A stretch of 63,097 bases of DNA. Source: Bigelowiella natans CCMP2755 (Eukaryota > Protista > Cercozoa). The first letter of the stretch is position 1. Each line of letters begins with the position of its first letter. The notes below the pieces were generated by a model. The model did not search any database. It was given only the letters and a program-made list of their open reading frames with translations, and was not told the DNA's origin. The translations under genes were made by a program, and so were the position numbers. The stretch covers positions 1 to 63,097 of the forward strand of contig ADNK01000426.1 of NCBI GenBank assembly GCA_000320545.1. The letters are read 5' to 3'. Shown piece by piece: positions 1-14,580 of the stretch.

Positions 1-161
1 TTATATTATATCCTTGTTTTTTTTTCCTTCTTCTTCTTCTCTCAGTGCTTGCTAGGAACACAACTCTCATAGGAAGAAAGTTCCGTTACGCACGTTTTAA
101 TTTGCACCACGTCAGTGAGCGTGCGACAAAAGCACACGACACACACAACACACACACACAC

Positions 162-227
<66 letters not shown>

Positions 228-509
228 ATACCACCTTTGGATTGTTTTCGCATCCATTATTATTTTAAATATTGTTATTATTGTTGATGTTTTTATAATT
301 TTCGTTATATAGGTGTATATTAGGGATGATACCCTTATTGTTCCTGGATAATAATAAATTGTATTTCTTCAACAAGGAGGAAGAGGAACTGTGAGAAGAA
401 AAAGAAGAGAAAAAAGAAGAAGAAGAAGAAGAAACAACAACGACAACAACAACTCAATAATTCATATTTGAAAGCTCTTACCTTACATGAGTATGTAGTA
501 ATAACGAAA

Positions 510-545
<36 letters not shown>

Positions 546-678
546 GTCAGTGTCGTGATGATTCTATTGAAAATAATTGTTCGAAATAACAATAACAGTT
601 ATGAAGATCTGTTCCTGAAAAACAGTGTCCCACCGATGGTATTTTCCATATTAACCATCAAACCATAAACGTATCATG

Positions 679-713
<35 letters not shown>

Positions 714-1034
714 ACTACTACTACTACTACAACAACAACCACCTTAGGCATTCTTCAATTTGGTCAGAAAAGGCAAATGGAGGACGGTACTTAGATATTG
801 ATACTTATTTTACACTATTTATGTTGAATGTGTATGTTGTATTCCCTGAGTACACTACAGTTATTACTGTGTCTACTACTGATTCCAATGTATTATTATA
901 ATAATTATTATTATTATATCTAGTAGCAGTAGTAGTAGTATTGTTGTTAATTTACAATAATATCAGGCTGAAGTTGGAGATGTGATAGTCCCAGATGGAT
1001 TTCACTTTGACAAGGTACTACTACTAGTAGTATT

Positions 1035-1077
<43 letters not shown>

Positions 1078-1341
1078 AGGATATATGAAGGATGTGCTTA
1101 TTTTGTTGTTGTTATTTCTTGTTATGATGATCCTCCCTAGCACCGTCATTACTACATACATACATACATACATACATACATACAACTACTACTACTACTA
1201 CTACTAGGTTCTCCTCCTTCGGAGTGGCGTGGCTGTCGCGTATCTAGAGTACTACTACTAATACTTCTACTGCTAGTAGTATTTTGCTCGATTATGATGG
1301 TCCAACATTCTGCTTACAATATGTTCTTACTCCTCTCCTTC

Positions 1342-1389
<48 letters not shown>

Positions 1390-1941
1390 AAATAAGGAAG
1401 TTCATGCGTACGTTGGCCAGCAGCATAATGATATTCCTTCTCATGAAAGAGCTTCAACTACCAGCAGCAGCAGCAGCAGTAAGAGCAGCATCACCTTTCA
1501 CCAGGTGAGATGATGATGATGATGATGATGATGATGATCGCAATGGAGAACAACGTACTAGCCTAGTGATTCCATCAATCATAGAATAGATAATACATCT
1601 AGCGAGAAGGGCATAACGGCCATTCTTCTCTTCTCATTATTATTATTACTATTATTATTATTATCTGCAGCATATATCTCCATCATCATTATTATTATAA
1701 TTATTATTATTATTATCTGCAGCATCTCCAGCAGCATAATTATCATTATTATTATTATTATTATTATTATCTGCAGCATATATCTCCAGCATCATCATCA
1801 TCATCATTATCATTATTATTATCTGCAGCACCTCCAGCAGCATCATCATCAACATCGTGTGAAGAGGGGGTGTGTTATCGGCGGTACTGCACTTGTAGAT
1901 CAGAATGTCACGAAAGACCCTTACAAGAATAAGGTAAACAT

Positions 1942-1973
<32 letters not shown>

Positions 1974-2726
1974 GGGAAGAAAGAATTGTGATCATGATCA
2001 TATATAGCATCCACCTACCTGAATGCACTTTTCAAAGCATTATTTGCGTGTTGTTCGCATCCACTACGTTCGTTATAAGACGAGTTATAATTATTATTAT
2101 TATTATTATTATTAATATTATATATGGTTTGTTGTGATCATAGTAGTAGTGTTAAGATAATCTCATGATTATCATCATAGGTAATACTACTACTACTACT
2201 ACTACTACTGCTACTGCTACTGCTAGGTCGTTGCGGAAGAAAAACTGGTATATCTGGAATGGACTTTGTCAGGTGATGATGATGATGATGAAGATGATGA
2301 TGATGATGATGAAATAGCAAATAGTGTCGTGGTGGTGGGGTACACTTTTTGATGCCATTATCTTTCCATACATACCACATTCTAAAGATAATAAGTGATA
2401 AGTTTTAGTAATATTCTAGTGCTGTATTGCTTGTTACGAGTACAGACTTAAAACAAGCGATGGAAGAAGACAAACACATCCGTGCAGCTGTATTTTCCAT
2501 TCTTTACAAGGTGGCGGAACAAGAACAACAACAAGATGAATTAGAAGAAAAAGAAGAAGAAGTGATGATACAATAATAAAAGATGGTGTTTCTTTAATAA
2601 TAATGCTAATAACAAAAGATAAGAGGTAATAATCGATAAAGCAATGATGATGTGTCTGATATATTAATGATGATTTGAACAATTTATGTGTTCTCGTCTT
2701 TTTGTTCAAATCATCATAATTATCAC

Positions 2727-2762
<36 letters not shown>

Positions 2763-3686
2763 TACTACGTACGTACGTGCATACACACGATTGAAAGAAT
2801 AGATATGTTATGGATCATAAAACATATATTGTCTACAATGAAATATTATGACCAGGACTTAATCAAAGGACTTCGGAATGCAAAGAGGAGTCTTCGTGCA
2901 TCTTCTTCTTCTTCTTCTTCTTCTTCTTCTTCGGTATTACATACAGCTTTTGCCATTTTGAGAACAACAACAACCACCGCCACCACCACCATCCGAGCAC
3001 CATATCTTCTTCTGTACCTGATGATGATTTGCATTAGCATGAATTATGATGATGATGATGACGATGCAGTCCTTGAATCCTGTTGCTTTCTTCATAGCGA
3101 AGATGGTATAGAAGAAGAAGAAGAAGAAGAAGAAGAAGAAGAAGAAGAAGAAGAGCAGCCAGCTCTTAGAACCCATATTCTGACAAGAACCTTAGCAGCC
3201 AACAAGTTGTCCATCATCGATTGATTGATTGATTGATTGATATTAGGAGGAAAGATTACGGGAGTATTCACATATTCTTGAAGCTGTTCTTGCAGATGGA
3301 ATTGTAAGATCACCACGATGAGTTTATTTTTATCTTCTTCTTCATCTTGTTCTTCTTATTCTTATATAGTTAGACGAAACAATGATGTCATTATTCATTG
3401 TTACTGAGTGCCCATACTACTACTGCTGCTGTAAGGTCCATCCTGCAGAACGTGCATTGGTTGATCAATGGCGAGACAAACACTCCATCCATGCAAAGGA
3501 TCATAATATGTAGTAACGATGTCAAAGAAAGAAGAAGAAGAAGAAGAAGAAGAAGAAGAAGAAGAAGAAGAAGAAGAAGAAAATGATGGAAGCAATCGTT
3601 TACACAGTGATAAGCCTATTATTGTGAATATATGTGTGTATGTGTGTGTGTTCCGTCATATCATCACTATCATCACTATCATCACT

Positions 3687-3721
<35 letters not shown>

Positions 3722-3732
3722 ATCATCATTTT

Positions 3733-3765
<33 letters not shown>

Positions 3766-4450
3766 TTACTACGTACTGGTATAATATACATTTCTTATTT
3801 TCGAATATCATCCATTAGGTGTTTATCTATACTTGGATGGACACAAAACGAATGGTCACAAGGCATTAAAGAAATGGAAGGAATAATGTATTATTATGTC
3901 ATCACACATCATCATTATCATCATCATCATCATCATCATCATCACAATCATCATCACCAACATTACGATGAAGTCTTAGTTGTTGTTTGTTACCGGCATC
4001 ACATTGTTTGGATGTAGGAGTAGTACAACACCCCTTAGAATATATATATTTGATTATTATTATTATTATGATTATTATTATTATTATTATTGAGGTTTCT
4101 TGATGAGAAGAGATCCAGTAGTAATGTCTCTACTTCTTCCTCTTCGAAGAATCTTGAATCTTTATCTTCTTCATCAAAACAAAACAAAGTTACAATTGAT
4201 CAAGGTTCCACTACTACTACTATAAGTACTACTAGTACAGTCCAACTACTACTAGTTTTGTTATCGTTAGTCTGTGTGAGAAAGAGTGTTGTTGTAGTAA
4301 ACCATGTGTACTGCTGCTACTACTACTCCGTAAATCATCATTCAAAGTAGACATGATGTGCTGTTCTCCCTGCTGCTGCTGTGTTCTGCTGCTGCCTTAG
4401 GAAGGCCAGTAAGAAAGAATGGTGAGGAAGAGAAGGAGGAGAGCCATTGA
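1..4450 (+). CDS. Popeye-like cyclic-nucleotide-binding domain protein with C-terminal helical domain (multi-exon, 5' end probably outside window)
   Basis: Spliced exons read YEDLFLKNSVPPM|AFFNLVRKGKWRT|AEVGDVIVPDGFHFDK|VLLLRSGVAVAYLE...GCVIGGTALVDQNVTKDPYKNK|VVAEEKLVYLEWTL...DLKQAMEEDKHIRAAVFSILYK|DLIKGLRN, which fits a cNMP/Popeye fold. They continue EERLREYSHILEAVLADGI|VHPAERALVDQWRDKHSIHAKDH|CLSILGWTQNEWSQG. Likely stop TGA 4448-4450. Confidence 0.65.
1640..1855. repeat. compound minisatellite, unit approx. (ATT)n-ATCTGCAGCA(TATA)TCTCCA-(CAT/GCA)n, 4 copies
   Basis: The core TTATCTGCAGCA recurs at about 1661, 1713, 1766 and 1819. Confidence 0.8.
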
Positions 4451-4949
4451 CGACAAGGAGGAGAAGGAGGAGCATACAAAACATAATGCTACTACTGCTG
4501 AAATACTACTACTTTTGCAAGCACTTGCACTACTACCAGGAGTAGTAGTAATAGTAGTTGCAGTAGTAAGTAGTGGGACGGGGGACACAACAGACATCAA
4601 TTCAAGATGACAACTAGCTGCTGTTTTTTGCCCCATTGTATTCCTTCTTTTATTCATTTCTTCCCCCACACAGTGAAGCTCCTCCTCCTTCCAACGAACA
4701 TGATGACAAAACAACAGATACTCTCATTCGCTCATGTAGCAGCAGCAGTACTATGTTATAATCAATTTCTCGTGTTTTTGACCTGATCTTCTCCATGGCT
4801 AATGATTTTATTGGCCAACATCGATCAACGAAACCAAACATGAGGAATTGAACTAGTGAAGCAAACTTGCACACATGACATGATAATATGATGTAAATAT
4901 TTGGCTGGAAGAAGAAGATCATAGGCTGCATGGTGGACACATTTGTTTG

Positions 4950-5450
4950 GCAACATGTTTCGAAGTTACGCTTCGCTCAGACATCATTCAAAGCATACAT
5001 ATTTGTACATATGTTGTGTATGGCCAACCCTACTAGGCCTGGCTAAATAATGCATCGCTAGCATCGTGCAAAAACTGCATGTAGTGCAATTTCGGAACGG
5101 ACATTGCTAGATTGGTCATGGCATTGAATGGTTATTTGACATATTATTGCTAGATTGGCATTATTAGCACATGCGGCATCAACAAATTAGTAGGCGTTGT
5201 GAGCGCAGCACGTTGATTATGGCCTAAACATTGCGCGTCACAATTGCTTGTTTAGTGCTGCCTAGCTGTGAATATGAGGCGGATACAATGAGGTGATAAA
5301 TCTTTTCAACAAGCGACACACACTAGACACACTGCATGCGATGCAATCGTTGCACGTAGGAGCTTAGCTTTGTTGGCATGTCATCGTGCACGCGCATTAA
5401 AGTTCCCAGAGTCAGTAGCATCACATTTACGATTCATTATTAAATCAAAA
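4950..5450. other. intergenic CTAG/TGCA/CATG-rich island (partial TpA depletion)
   Basis: Non-coding and microsatellite-free, rich in GCTAG, TGCA and CATG. Some TA remains. Confidence 0.55.
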
Positions 5451-5599
5451 CAACAAAACGCAAGGAAGTCAAATTGAGATAAAATGCATACACCTAGATA
5501 CTACAGCAGAAACGAAGTAGTTTCCAACATGAAGCATTTGATTGAACAATCGAGATTTTTACCGACATGATCCTCATTACATTTTACGGACTGTTTCGT

Positions 5600-6213
5600 T
5601 CTCTTCATAGAGAAGATGGAACTTATTTTGATACTCATTATGCACTTTCAAATCAAAAAACCTGCACGCAACAAAGTTTTGTCAAATCATCAAACACACG
5701 TAATGTAAAAGAATAATAGCGGTAAATGGTCGCAGCACACACGAGGTCCAAATTAACTCGAGGTACTAAGAAAATTGTTATTTTTGAACCATTACTACTG
5801 ACTCGCTAACATCTTTCTGAATAATCCCAGGGTAGCTGTTTGTAACTCCTGTTATCATTATTACCATCATCATCATCATCAGTATTACTATTATCTTCAT
5901 TATTAGCAGAGAATCGACGCATCAATTAAAATTAAATGTTAGTGCAATTCCTATTCAATAATTGGAGGTGAGACAACCTTGCCAACCCATAGCAGATTCT
6001 TGCTCAATAGCACGAAATGCGGTGTTTAAAATAGTGTCCCTTCTCGTGTAATATCTGACCATCCAAAGGTAACTTTGTGAGCTGAAATGCATCACCTCAA
6101 CGTTATTTTTGTCTTTGATGAGATAAATCTAAAGGCGGGTTTGAAAGTACTAACCTCATTGTTTCTAAAGGTGCATTTGTTGGTAGGTAAATGAAGGCTA
6201 CTGGAGATCTGCT

Positions 6214-6246
<33 letters not shown>

Positions 6247-6676
6247 ATTGTTGCTGTGTTAGTAGCAATGCCACGTTCCAGCACGGGTGCTGCCTTTTCT
6301 TCTGACATTGCTGTTGATAAGTAGTAAGCAGCATCATTAACAACAACTAGTAGCATATTCTCATCATTTGTACCCCAAAACTTTAGCACTGCCACATGTA
6401 CAGAGGGGGGGGGGGGGTAGACAAACGATGAATGGCACGAAAAGGTCCACAAAAATAGTAATGCTAATTCTTTTATTATGCTGCTGTATTGAGTCAATTC
6501 TATCCTCTTTTTATGCAAACGAAGAGCTTGTTTGGATAAATTGGTGAGTCTTTGCATGTCAGAGAAGAAAGATAGAGAGAAGCGGGGGGGGAAGGGTTTG
6601 TTGCTGAATCAATACCTGCACCGCATAGGTGGACGTGATCGGGAAGAAATTCCATTCTTTGCAAATTATAATTACC

Positions 6677-6711
<35 letters not shown>

Positions 6712-7541
6712 AGGAACTTTCTTGCCCGTCCATGCCCAACGCCTTATCATTACATTATAAACCCACACAAGGCAAATGACAAAATAATAATAATAATAAT
6801 AAAGGGGTTGTTATTTCTAACAATGGAAGAATCAAAAGGATGATGATATCTTATCACTACATTTATCAGAAGGCTGCAACCCAAAGAATGAGCGACAACT
6901 CTCACTACGTCATAATTTTCACGGATGGCCAAGAGAAAACGAGCCTTAACAACAACAACAACAACAAAGTAAACGTCAAACAGATGATAAGTCTTATTAA
7001 ATCAGAATAATCAACATCGACGCAGAGCATTATTACTATCAGGAGAAAGCAGAATCAACACTGGATGATGATGATGGTGCTGCTAATTTAGGAGGTTTTA
7101 CTAGTCTTCTCATTTCGATAGTACTACTGCTATTACTACCAAGATCTCTGCTTCATGTCCTGCATTTAATATAGCAGAACGATATTCCAAGTATAAGCGT
7201 CCAGAGAACACCAATCCTTCTGCTGCAATAACACAATTTTTCTGTTATTTGTTAATCATACGTGCTTTGGATGGGAAGGTACTAGTGATTGATATCATGA
7301 ATAGGAGGAAACAACAACAAACAGCTTGAAGAAGACTTAAATTCTTGGTTTACAGTTATCATAATTTTGTTCATCATAAATTCCATCATCATCCAATAAC
7401 GTCTAATAAGTAGTACCGATTGATGCCAAAGCAAGCCCTTGAGGCGTGAGCGGAACACGCCGACTCAAGATACCTGATAAGGAAGTGGTGCCGCCACGCA
7501 GGGAGGACTCTCACGTTTGGCTTTATGCTGCAGAGCATGGC

Positions 7542-7586
<45 letters not shown>

Positions 7587-7602
7587 CATAATTTTATATT
7601 TA

Positions 7603-7640
<38 letters not shown>

Positions 7641-8820
7641 TATTAATGTAGTGGCACAAAGACTTTCCGATCATGCAAAAAAATAAGAAGGAGACACACC
7701 CACCTGCCATTGTAAGGAATGGTACTGGAACGTTCTGTTGGATCTCAAACATCGTACCACTACCCCATCTCCACCTTCACAAGAACAAACAATCATTTCA
7801 AGAGGAACGATGGATAAACAACGAGTGCAACTTTTCGATTCATCAACCACCAAATATTGTCATCTTTAAGTTGTTGCTTTTAACTACTACTACTACTAGT
7901 AGTAGTAGTAGTAGTTTCATGACAACCCGAGCACATCCCCATTCCAGTGAGTGTGAGCATGCGAGTCAAGCCATGGTTCGAAGTCCAATGGGTTGTTTTG
8001 TTTCCCCAGAAATCCTTTGATGTATACCGTTACCTCTCGCCGATTCTGAACAAAAGAATAATGCTGCTGCTGTTTTCAGAGATGACGAGTGAATATGCAA
8101 ATGATGCTACTAGGTTTATTACTAAGAGTACGTACGTACACACTGTTGTTTCTCCTCCACCATCCCCTTCCCTTCTTACTGCTACCACTGCTGATTTCTT
8201 TGCCCGTTGAAGACCCACTATGGGACGAAGCTTGACGATATGATCTTTGAAACCACTTAGAAACTGCCATCGAGATCGTGCCATGCTAGAGCTGCTTCTC
8301 CGATATAATTTGGTCCCCCCCCCCTTGGGTACTAGTACTAGTTGCAATACTTCTTCGATACAGTTTCGTAAGAGTAGTAATAACTTGGTTCCTCCTCCTT
8401 GAAATACAAAATATAATCATCCTGCCGATCGCAACACCGATAGTAGCGCACAACGTGGATCAATACCTTAAGAATCCGCAAATTCCTTTTCGAGGACGCT
8501 GCCCAAATATAGGAGGAGGAGGAGGAAGAGGAGGAGCTTTCGAGAAGAAGAATAAAATAGAAAAAGGCGCCGTGATTCTGTCCGAAACGACTGGCTGGGA
8601 TAAAAGTGCTACGCCCTCAACCGTGCCTACAACAAAAATCCTCATTATTCAGCGATAATGCACTAATTTACTGCAGCAGCAACTGCAAAGCACAAAATCA
8701 TTCTTATGAATGCTACTTCCAGTACGACTTCATCATTGCTTTCAACATGTTAGTGGTAGCAGTAGTAGTAACAGCAGTAGTGGTAGTATCTATGGTTGGG
8801 ATACACCTTTCTCGTGCTTA
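5600..8820 (+). CDS. probable multi-exon gene of unknown product
   Basis: Complex segments bounded by AG/GT lie between microsatellite introns, e.g. VPSRVISDHPK|AGLKVLTSLFLK, EWYWNVLLDLKH, MRVKPWFEVQWVVLFPQ, NVDQYLKNPQIPFRGRCP, NCKAQNHSYECYFQYDF. The strand and frames are not firmly resolved. Confidence 0.3.
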
Positions 8821-8845
8821 GATCTACTACTCTACATGAGTTAGG

Positions 8846-8895
<50 letters not shown>

Positions 8896-9267
8896 CATAA
8901 TCATCATCATCATCATCCTCACGATCATCACGATCATCCATCACGATCATCGTGATCATGATCATCACCATCGACGTCATCCCCGTGATGTTGCAGTATA
9001 GCGCTAATATTTAGATATATTTGCTATACATTTTGTACTATAATATCCTGATCAAACAACAATAACAACAAGTATCAGACAAGGTGCCCCTCTCTCTCGG
9101 AAGAGAAAGAGATCGACTGCTAAGAGCTACGGACGTGGGTCAATGCAACGGAGAACAACGTAGTACATCACTTTGGACATCATGATCGTCATTATCGTCG
9201 TCTTGACACATCATCATCCATCCTAGATACATTACCACCACCATAGTATGCATGAACAAGTTAACAA

Positions 9268-11210
9268 ATGATGATCTGCATCATCAACGTCAGGATTCTT
9301 CGAATTCATGTCCTATTCGGGTTCCTGCTAGTGTACCTGCTGCAGCATGATAACATTTGCGTTGGATGTCAAGCTGCCTTATCATCATCATCATCTCCTT
9401 CACGGGCAAGATACACGACAAGGAGGAGAAGAATCCCTTCTTCTTTTTCTTCTTCTTTAAATCCGAGTAAGTCAAGAAGCCTAGGAGCTCTTGTCCAACT
9501 CAACCAGCGGTTGTGGCATCATGAGTCGATTTTGCCGATGACAGCAGATTTGGGGTGGAGAGATGCTGAGAAGAGGAGGAGCCCAAGACATCAACTTCGT
9601 AGTACACGAAGGAGACCACAAATAAGATCCTCCCTCTCCTCCTCCTCCTCCTCCTCCTCTATCCCGCAATCGATTGCCATAGTAGGGTCAGGGCCCGGAG
9701 GTTTGGCTACTGCTCTCATGTTGCTTAGAAAAGGATGGAGAAACATCACAATTTTGGACAAGCAACCACCACCACCCTATTATTATCATACTCTTCCCTC
9801 CAAAGCACCAGCAGCCTCCTCCTCTTCCTTCTCCTCCTCCTCCTCCACCTCCTCCTCCTCACAAAGGGATATCAATTATAACGCCACTGCCTGTGGCCTG
9901 GTACAACATGATAATAACAACAACAACCATCTTGTCGTCACATAGTACAATCAATCCAACGCCCGCACCCTCATCATCATCATAATCATCATAATCATCA
10001 TCATCATCATCTTCATTATCGTCATATTCATATCTGTATTCATAGCAGGATGAGAGAAGCTATAACATCGGGCTAAATGGAAGAGGACAAGTCTCTCTTG
10101 AGCGCCTCGGAGCGATGAGTCGTATAGCCAACAACAGCATAGAAGTGAGAGGTCGGATGGAATGGGGGCCAAGAGGAACAGACATGCAACAAAGAAACTT
10201 TATAGATCGAAGGTAATATTTATATACTTTGAGGGAGAGAAGAGAGAATGTAGTTTGTAATAAATGATGAGTCGTATTGTAGGTATTTTACCAAGGTTTT
10301 GCTACGCAACAAATTAGTCCAATGCCTTTATGAGGAAGTACTAGTACTAGTAGAAGAAAAAAAAGAAGAAGTACATGGTATACTTTTCGCTGATTGTCAC
10401 TACTTGATTGTCCCTCGCTGCTGCCTCTAAGTACTACTATCTCACATAAAATAGATACAGTTGGGAAAAGAAGACTTGATGTGAAATAATAATAGTAATA
10501 ATAATGATGATACGGTTGTTTTCGAAGTAGTTTTTAGTAGTGGTAGTAGTAGTAGTAGTGGTAGTAGTAGCAGTAATAATAATAATGAGGGGTTGCAGCA
10601 TCAGTTATCATAATGACTACTACCTCCTCCTCCTCCTCCTCCTCCTCCTCCTCCTACTACTACTACTACTTATGGTGGATCATTGTTGGCTGGCGCTCTC
10701 TTTGTTAGGTAATATCTCAAGAGGAGGAAAATCCAGGGGATGTGAAGTTTATGTATGGCGTTGAAGTAGTGAATGCAGTGTGGGAGGAAGGAACAAATCG
10801 TGTCCGTACGTACAACATCAATCCTAATTCATTAATCTGCTTTCACATAATGATAATACTGATATCAACCACTACAACGCACGTTTTTTTCAGGTCTTGG
10901 CCTTCTCAAATTCTCAAATAATAGTAGTAGCAATGAGGAGGAGAGGCAGCAGCACTATGATGAGGCGACATATGACTTCGTTTGTGGGGTTGATGGAACT
11001 GCGTCTGCCGTGAGAGATGCCATGGGCGTTATGCATGCAGAACAAGAAAAGCAAGATAATGATAGTGGTGGTGCTTTAGATGATTCTCCTTACTATATGA
11101 AGTACCCCCCTTCCAATAGTCGTGTCTATCGTACCTTGAAGCTGAACCTGCCTGAGGGATGGAGAAAGGATGTTAATTATGCTGCACGTGGAGGTATATA
11201 ATAATTATAT

Positions 11211-11241
<31 letters not shown>

Positions 11242-12270
11242 CCATCATCATCATGATCATATAAAGACAAAGACCGTGAGCTGCTTTTTGACGTTCTTCC
11301 TCTTGAACGTGAAAGAGAAATGCTAGGAGTCCTGCTTTCTAGACCGGGGAATCCTCAAATGAAAGACCTCAATGTAACTTCTTCAAGACAGCTTATGGAA
11401 GATTTGTTTCCTCAATTCTCTCAAATGGTGTACAGTAACGAATGCCTTGTGCAATAAGAAGGAGTATTATACATAATATACTTGCAGGCATCTGATGAAT
11501 CGCTCCAAGAATTCTCGGATAAAGGAGATTCCAAACTACCTGACTTTGCTTACTGCAATGGCCCTCTACATTACAGAAACTCTACTGTTTTGCTAGGAGA
11601 TGCAATTCATACAGTAAAGCCGTATTTTGGACTTGGCGTCAACTCTGCACTTGAGGTGCTGCTGGTGGTGGTGGTGGTGGTGGTGGTGGTAGTGGTGGCA
11701 TCATCGTCTAATCGTAACATTTAAGACAACATCAACACAACAACAAATTCATATGTGAATGGGGGGAAATAATCATATTTTTGTTTTGATTACAATGTTT
11801 GTAAAGGATATACTTATTCTTGATGATGCCATATCTGCATGCGGGTCAATGGGTGCCGCGTTGAAAACGTATTCAGAGGTTCGGGGACCTTGTGCTCGTG
11901 CACTAGTGGAGGTATGTAGTATGGATCATTAGTATTAGCATGTCTTATTCTTATTCTTCTTCTTCTTCAACTTTGACAAATAACAAATACTCAATACTTC
12001 AATCAGATGTCCAGATCGTATGACCGCGACGTTAGAAATCCAATAAATCTACTCTCCTTTTTGGTGCCTCTACTACTAGATAACTTCTTCAATTCCCTTG
12101 CTCCTAGTGTGTTTGAGAAAACAGAACTAGGGCTATTTCAAGATGAGCGCATTTCTTTTACAGAAATAGTTCAAAGGAAGAAAAAAGATAGAATTCTTCA
12201 AGTTCTAACAATTACTGTTTTCTTGATGATAACAGGGAAAATGTTTCCTAGCATTGTTTCCTTATTATGA
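9268..12270 (+). CDS. FAD-dependent monooxygenase, kynurenine 3-monooxygenase-like, with signal peptide + Ser/Arg-rich transit-like presequence
   Basis: Rossmann motif IAIVGSGPGGLATALML; DERSYNIGLNGRGQVSL (KMO-type RS.N..L..RG); DFVCGVDG; LLGDAIHTVKPYFGLGVNSALE (GD motif); hydrophobic C-terminus; stop at 12270. Confidence 0.88.
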
Positions 12271-12469
12271 GCGAGATAGTGAAATGCATGTTCTATTCTA
12301 TTAATTTCCTGGTCATTCATTATTGTGCTACCGAACAATTCACATTTATTGCATGTTTGGATGTAAAGTGGGGCATGTATACCGGCCCATCAATTTAGGT
12401 CGTCGTACGCTATCGTAATGTTATCACGTCTAGACGTGGTACTAAACATATATTTCATTATAGCAATAA

Positions 12470-13160
12470 CTAGATGTTTATGCATGTACACAACAGTGAA
12501 CTGTGGCCAAAGAATTCGATCTCATCGTGCGTGTACTTTTTCCTCATAACCTGCTGTACAACCGTAGCTGCCGCAAGAGCGAGCACACCTAGGCATATCT
12601 AGATGTAGTTGTTGGCGCCGCTCGCATGCATGCATCACATATGGCAATGGGAGCTACCCAGAAGCATACAGGCCTGCTGCTAGCATTATAGCAGCAAATA
12701 CATCGAAATGTAGTTTTGCTCGCGCGGATGGAAGCTGCTAGCTAGCTAGGCTAGTAGGCGTACATGCTAGCATGCATATTGCGTAGCTCGATGCATGTGT
12801 AAAATTCCGCCCTACTAGCTGTTGCTCATACACAACGAGATATATTTGATGTGATGCAATTGTTTTAGCTATATGTGACATCTATGTGACAACATTGCAT
12901 ATACGCACTAGTCATTCGCCATGTACAATAATACCATGCAATCTAGCAATATGGGCATTATTATGGCCCATAAGCCAAAGATGACTACTTGCATTTCAAC
13001 AAATATAGAAGAAGTGTTTCGTAGACGCTGCAAAATGCAACGTATAAGGACTAATGACAGCACAAACTTGCTAGCTTGCAGTAGTTTCGAATCATGCACA
13101 GCAGCCGGTAACAGCTTTGATTCATAAATCGATATTGTCGCTGCTAGGTGGCACAATTGT
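12470..13160. other. intergenic CTAG/TGCA/CATG-rich island (partial TpA depletion)
   Basis: Lies between convergent gene ends and contains GCTAGCTAGCTAGGCTAG, CATGCATGCATC and similar runs. Confidence 0.6.
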
Positions 13161-13221
13161 TGTTGTTGTTGTTGTTGTTGTTGTTACCACATCATACATC
13201 TGTAGTAGTCTCATTTTCTGC

Positions 13222-13880
13222 TTAACTGCGGTGAGATACAATCTCATTTGAGACGTCAAAAGATGATGATGATGATGATGATGCCCCTCCTTTCATGTCG
13301 TCGCCAAAATTGGTTCTGATGTGAAGTGTGACGGCAATCGAGAGAATAAGAATGTGTAAGAAAGCATCCTAGTGAAACAGTACACGTCTTTCTCTCTACA
13401 AATTTCGAACGTATTATTTACCCTCATCAGCAACAATAATAACAATAGATTGAAGAATCTAAAGGAAAAGAATCGTCCTTCAACACTACTACTGTATGAT
13501 AATATGTGCTGCTGCTGCTGTACCTTGAGCCATCTTCATGTTGGAATCCTCCTCCGGCTGCTGTGAGGACTTTTTGAACGGTTTGAGCTTTGATTAGCTT
13601 ATTGAGTACACTTATCATGCCTGTTAGCTATTATCATGAAAGGACCCAACAGCAACAACAACAACAATAGCAATAACAAAAGGAGCAGAAGAAAGACATG
13701 TTAGATATTATTGGGACAGCAACACCACATATATAAAGCACAAAGGAGAATTCCATCTGTTTCGTGTGAAGGATGACGACAGCATCAAGCGAGGAATTGA
13801 TCATTTTGTTATTCCATCATCAACACTCAAACGAAACTATTCATGTGTTTTACGTAGATTTTGTGCTGAATGTGTGGAAA

Positions 13881-13925
<45 letters not shown>

Positions 13926-14542
13926 TAAGAAACTTAATAGAATCGCTACCGGCCCAAAGATGTGTATTCTTCTTCTTCTTCTTCTTCCTCTTTACTCTCC
14001 ATCATCATCATCATCATCATCGTCATCGTCATCGTATCCGCAGTAGTAGTAGTACCTTATCGTTGATGGTGCGCTCTATTTCAGATTGGACATATTTTCT
14101 CAAACTTTCGTTGAATAGCCACAAGATGGTGTTCGCTACCCACGAAACAGAGCTGGAAGTGATCTTCATCTTAAGTTTCTCGATAGATACCAATTTGCGT
14201 ACGACATAGAATTCCCATCTCCCCTCATCATCGCCATTATTATCACTGTCTTTCCACGAAAAACCGCCCCCCCCCTTCCGGTTATCTGCAAAGAAATGTG
14301 TACTCATCAGATATGAAAAGCAATTGCAAACATAAGTAGTAGAAGTATTAGAAGGAGTAGTAGTAATGGTAGTTGTTGTAGTATATTGCTTGTGCTAAAT
14401 GCAAATAAAAGCGAAGATAAATAAGCATCTATATACACTTATTGATTCATATCTTCTTCTTTTTCGTCTCTGTGCTTTACATCTATTAACCTTTTGTTGC
14501 TATGGGTGATCTTGAGCTATCTCCAGGCCCTTTATTTTCCCT

Positions 14543-14580
<38 letters not shown>

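Noticed and set aside
1640-1855. CRISPR-like array
   Set aside because: The spacers are microsatellite variants in a eukaryotic gene and there are no cas genes; it is a minisatellite.
2700-4940. Separate minus-strand gene suggested by ORFs 2846-3040, 4397-4714 and 4650-4940
   Set aside because: Plus-strand exons here continue the Popeye-like gene coherently.
7544-7640. Similar lengths (about 30-40 bp) of many SSR tracts as a biological signal
   Set aside because: This could be assembly collapse of repeats and cannot be judged without reads.
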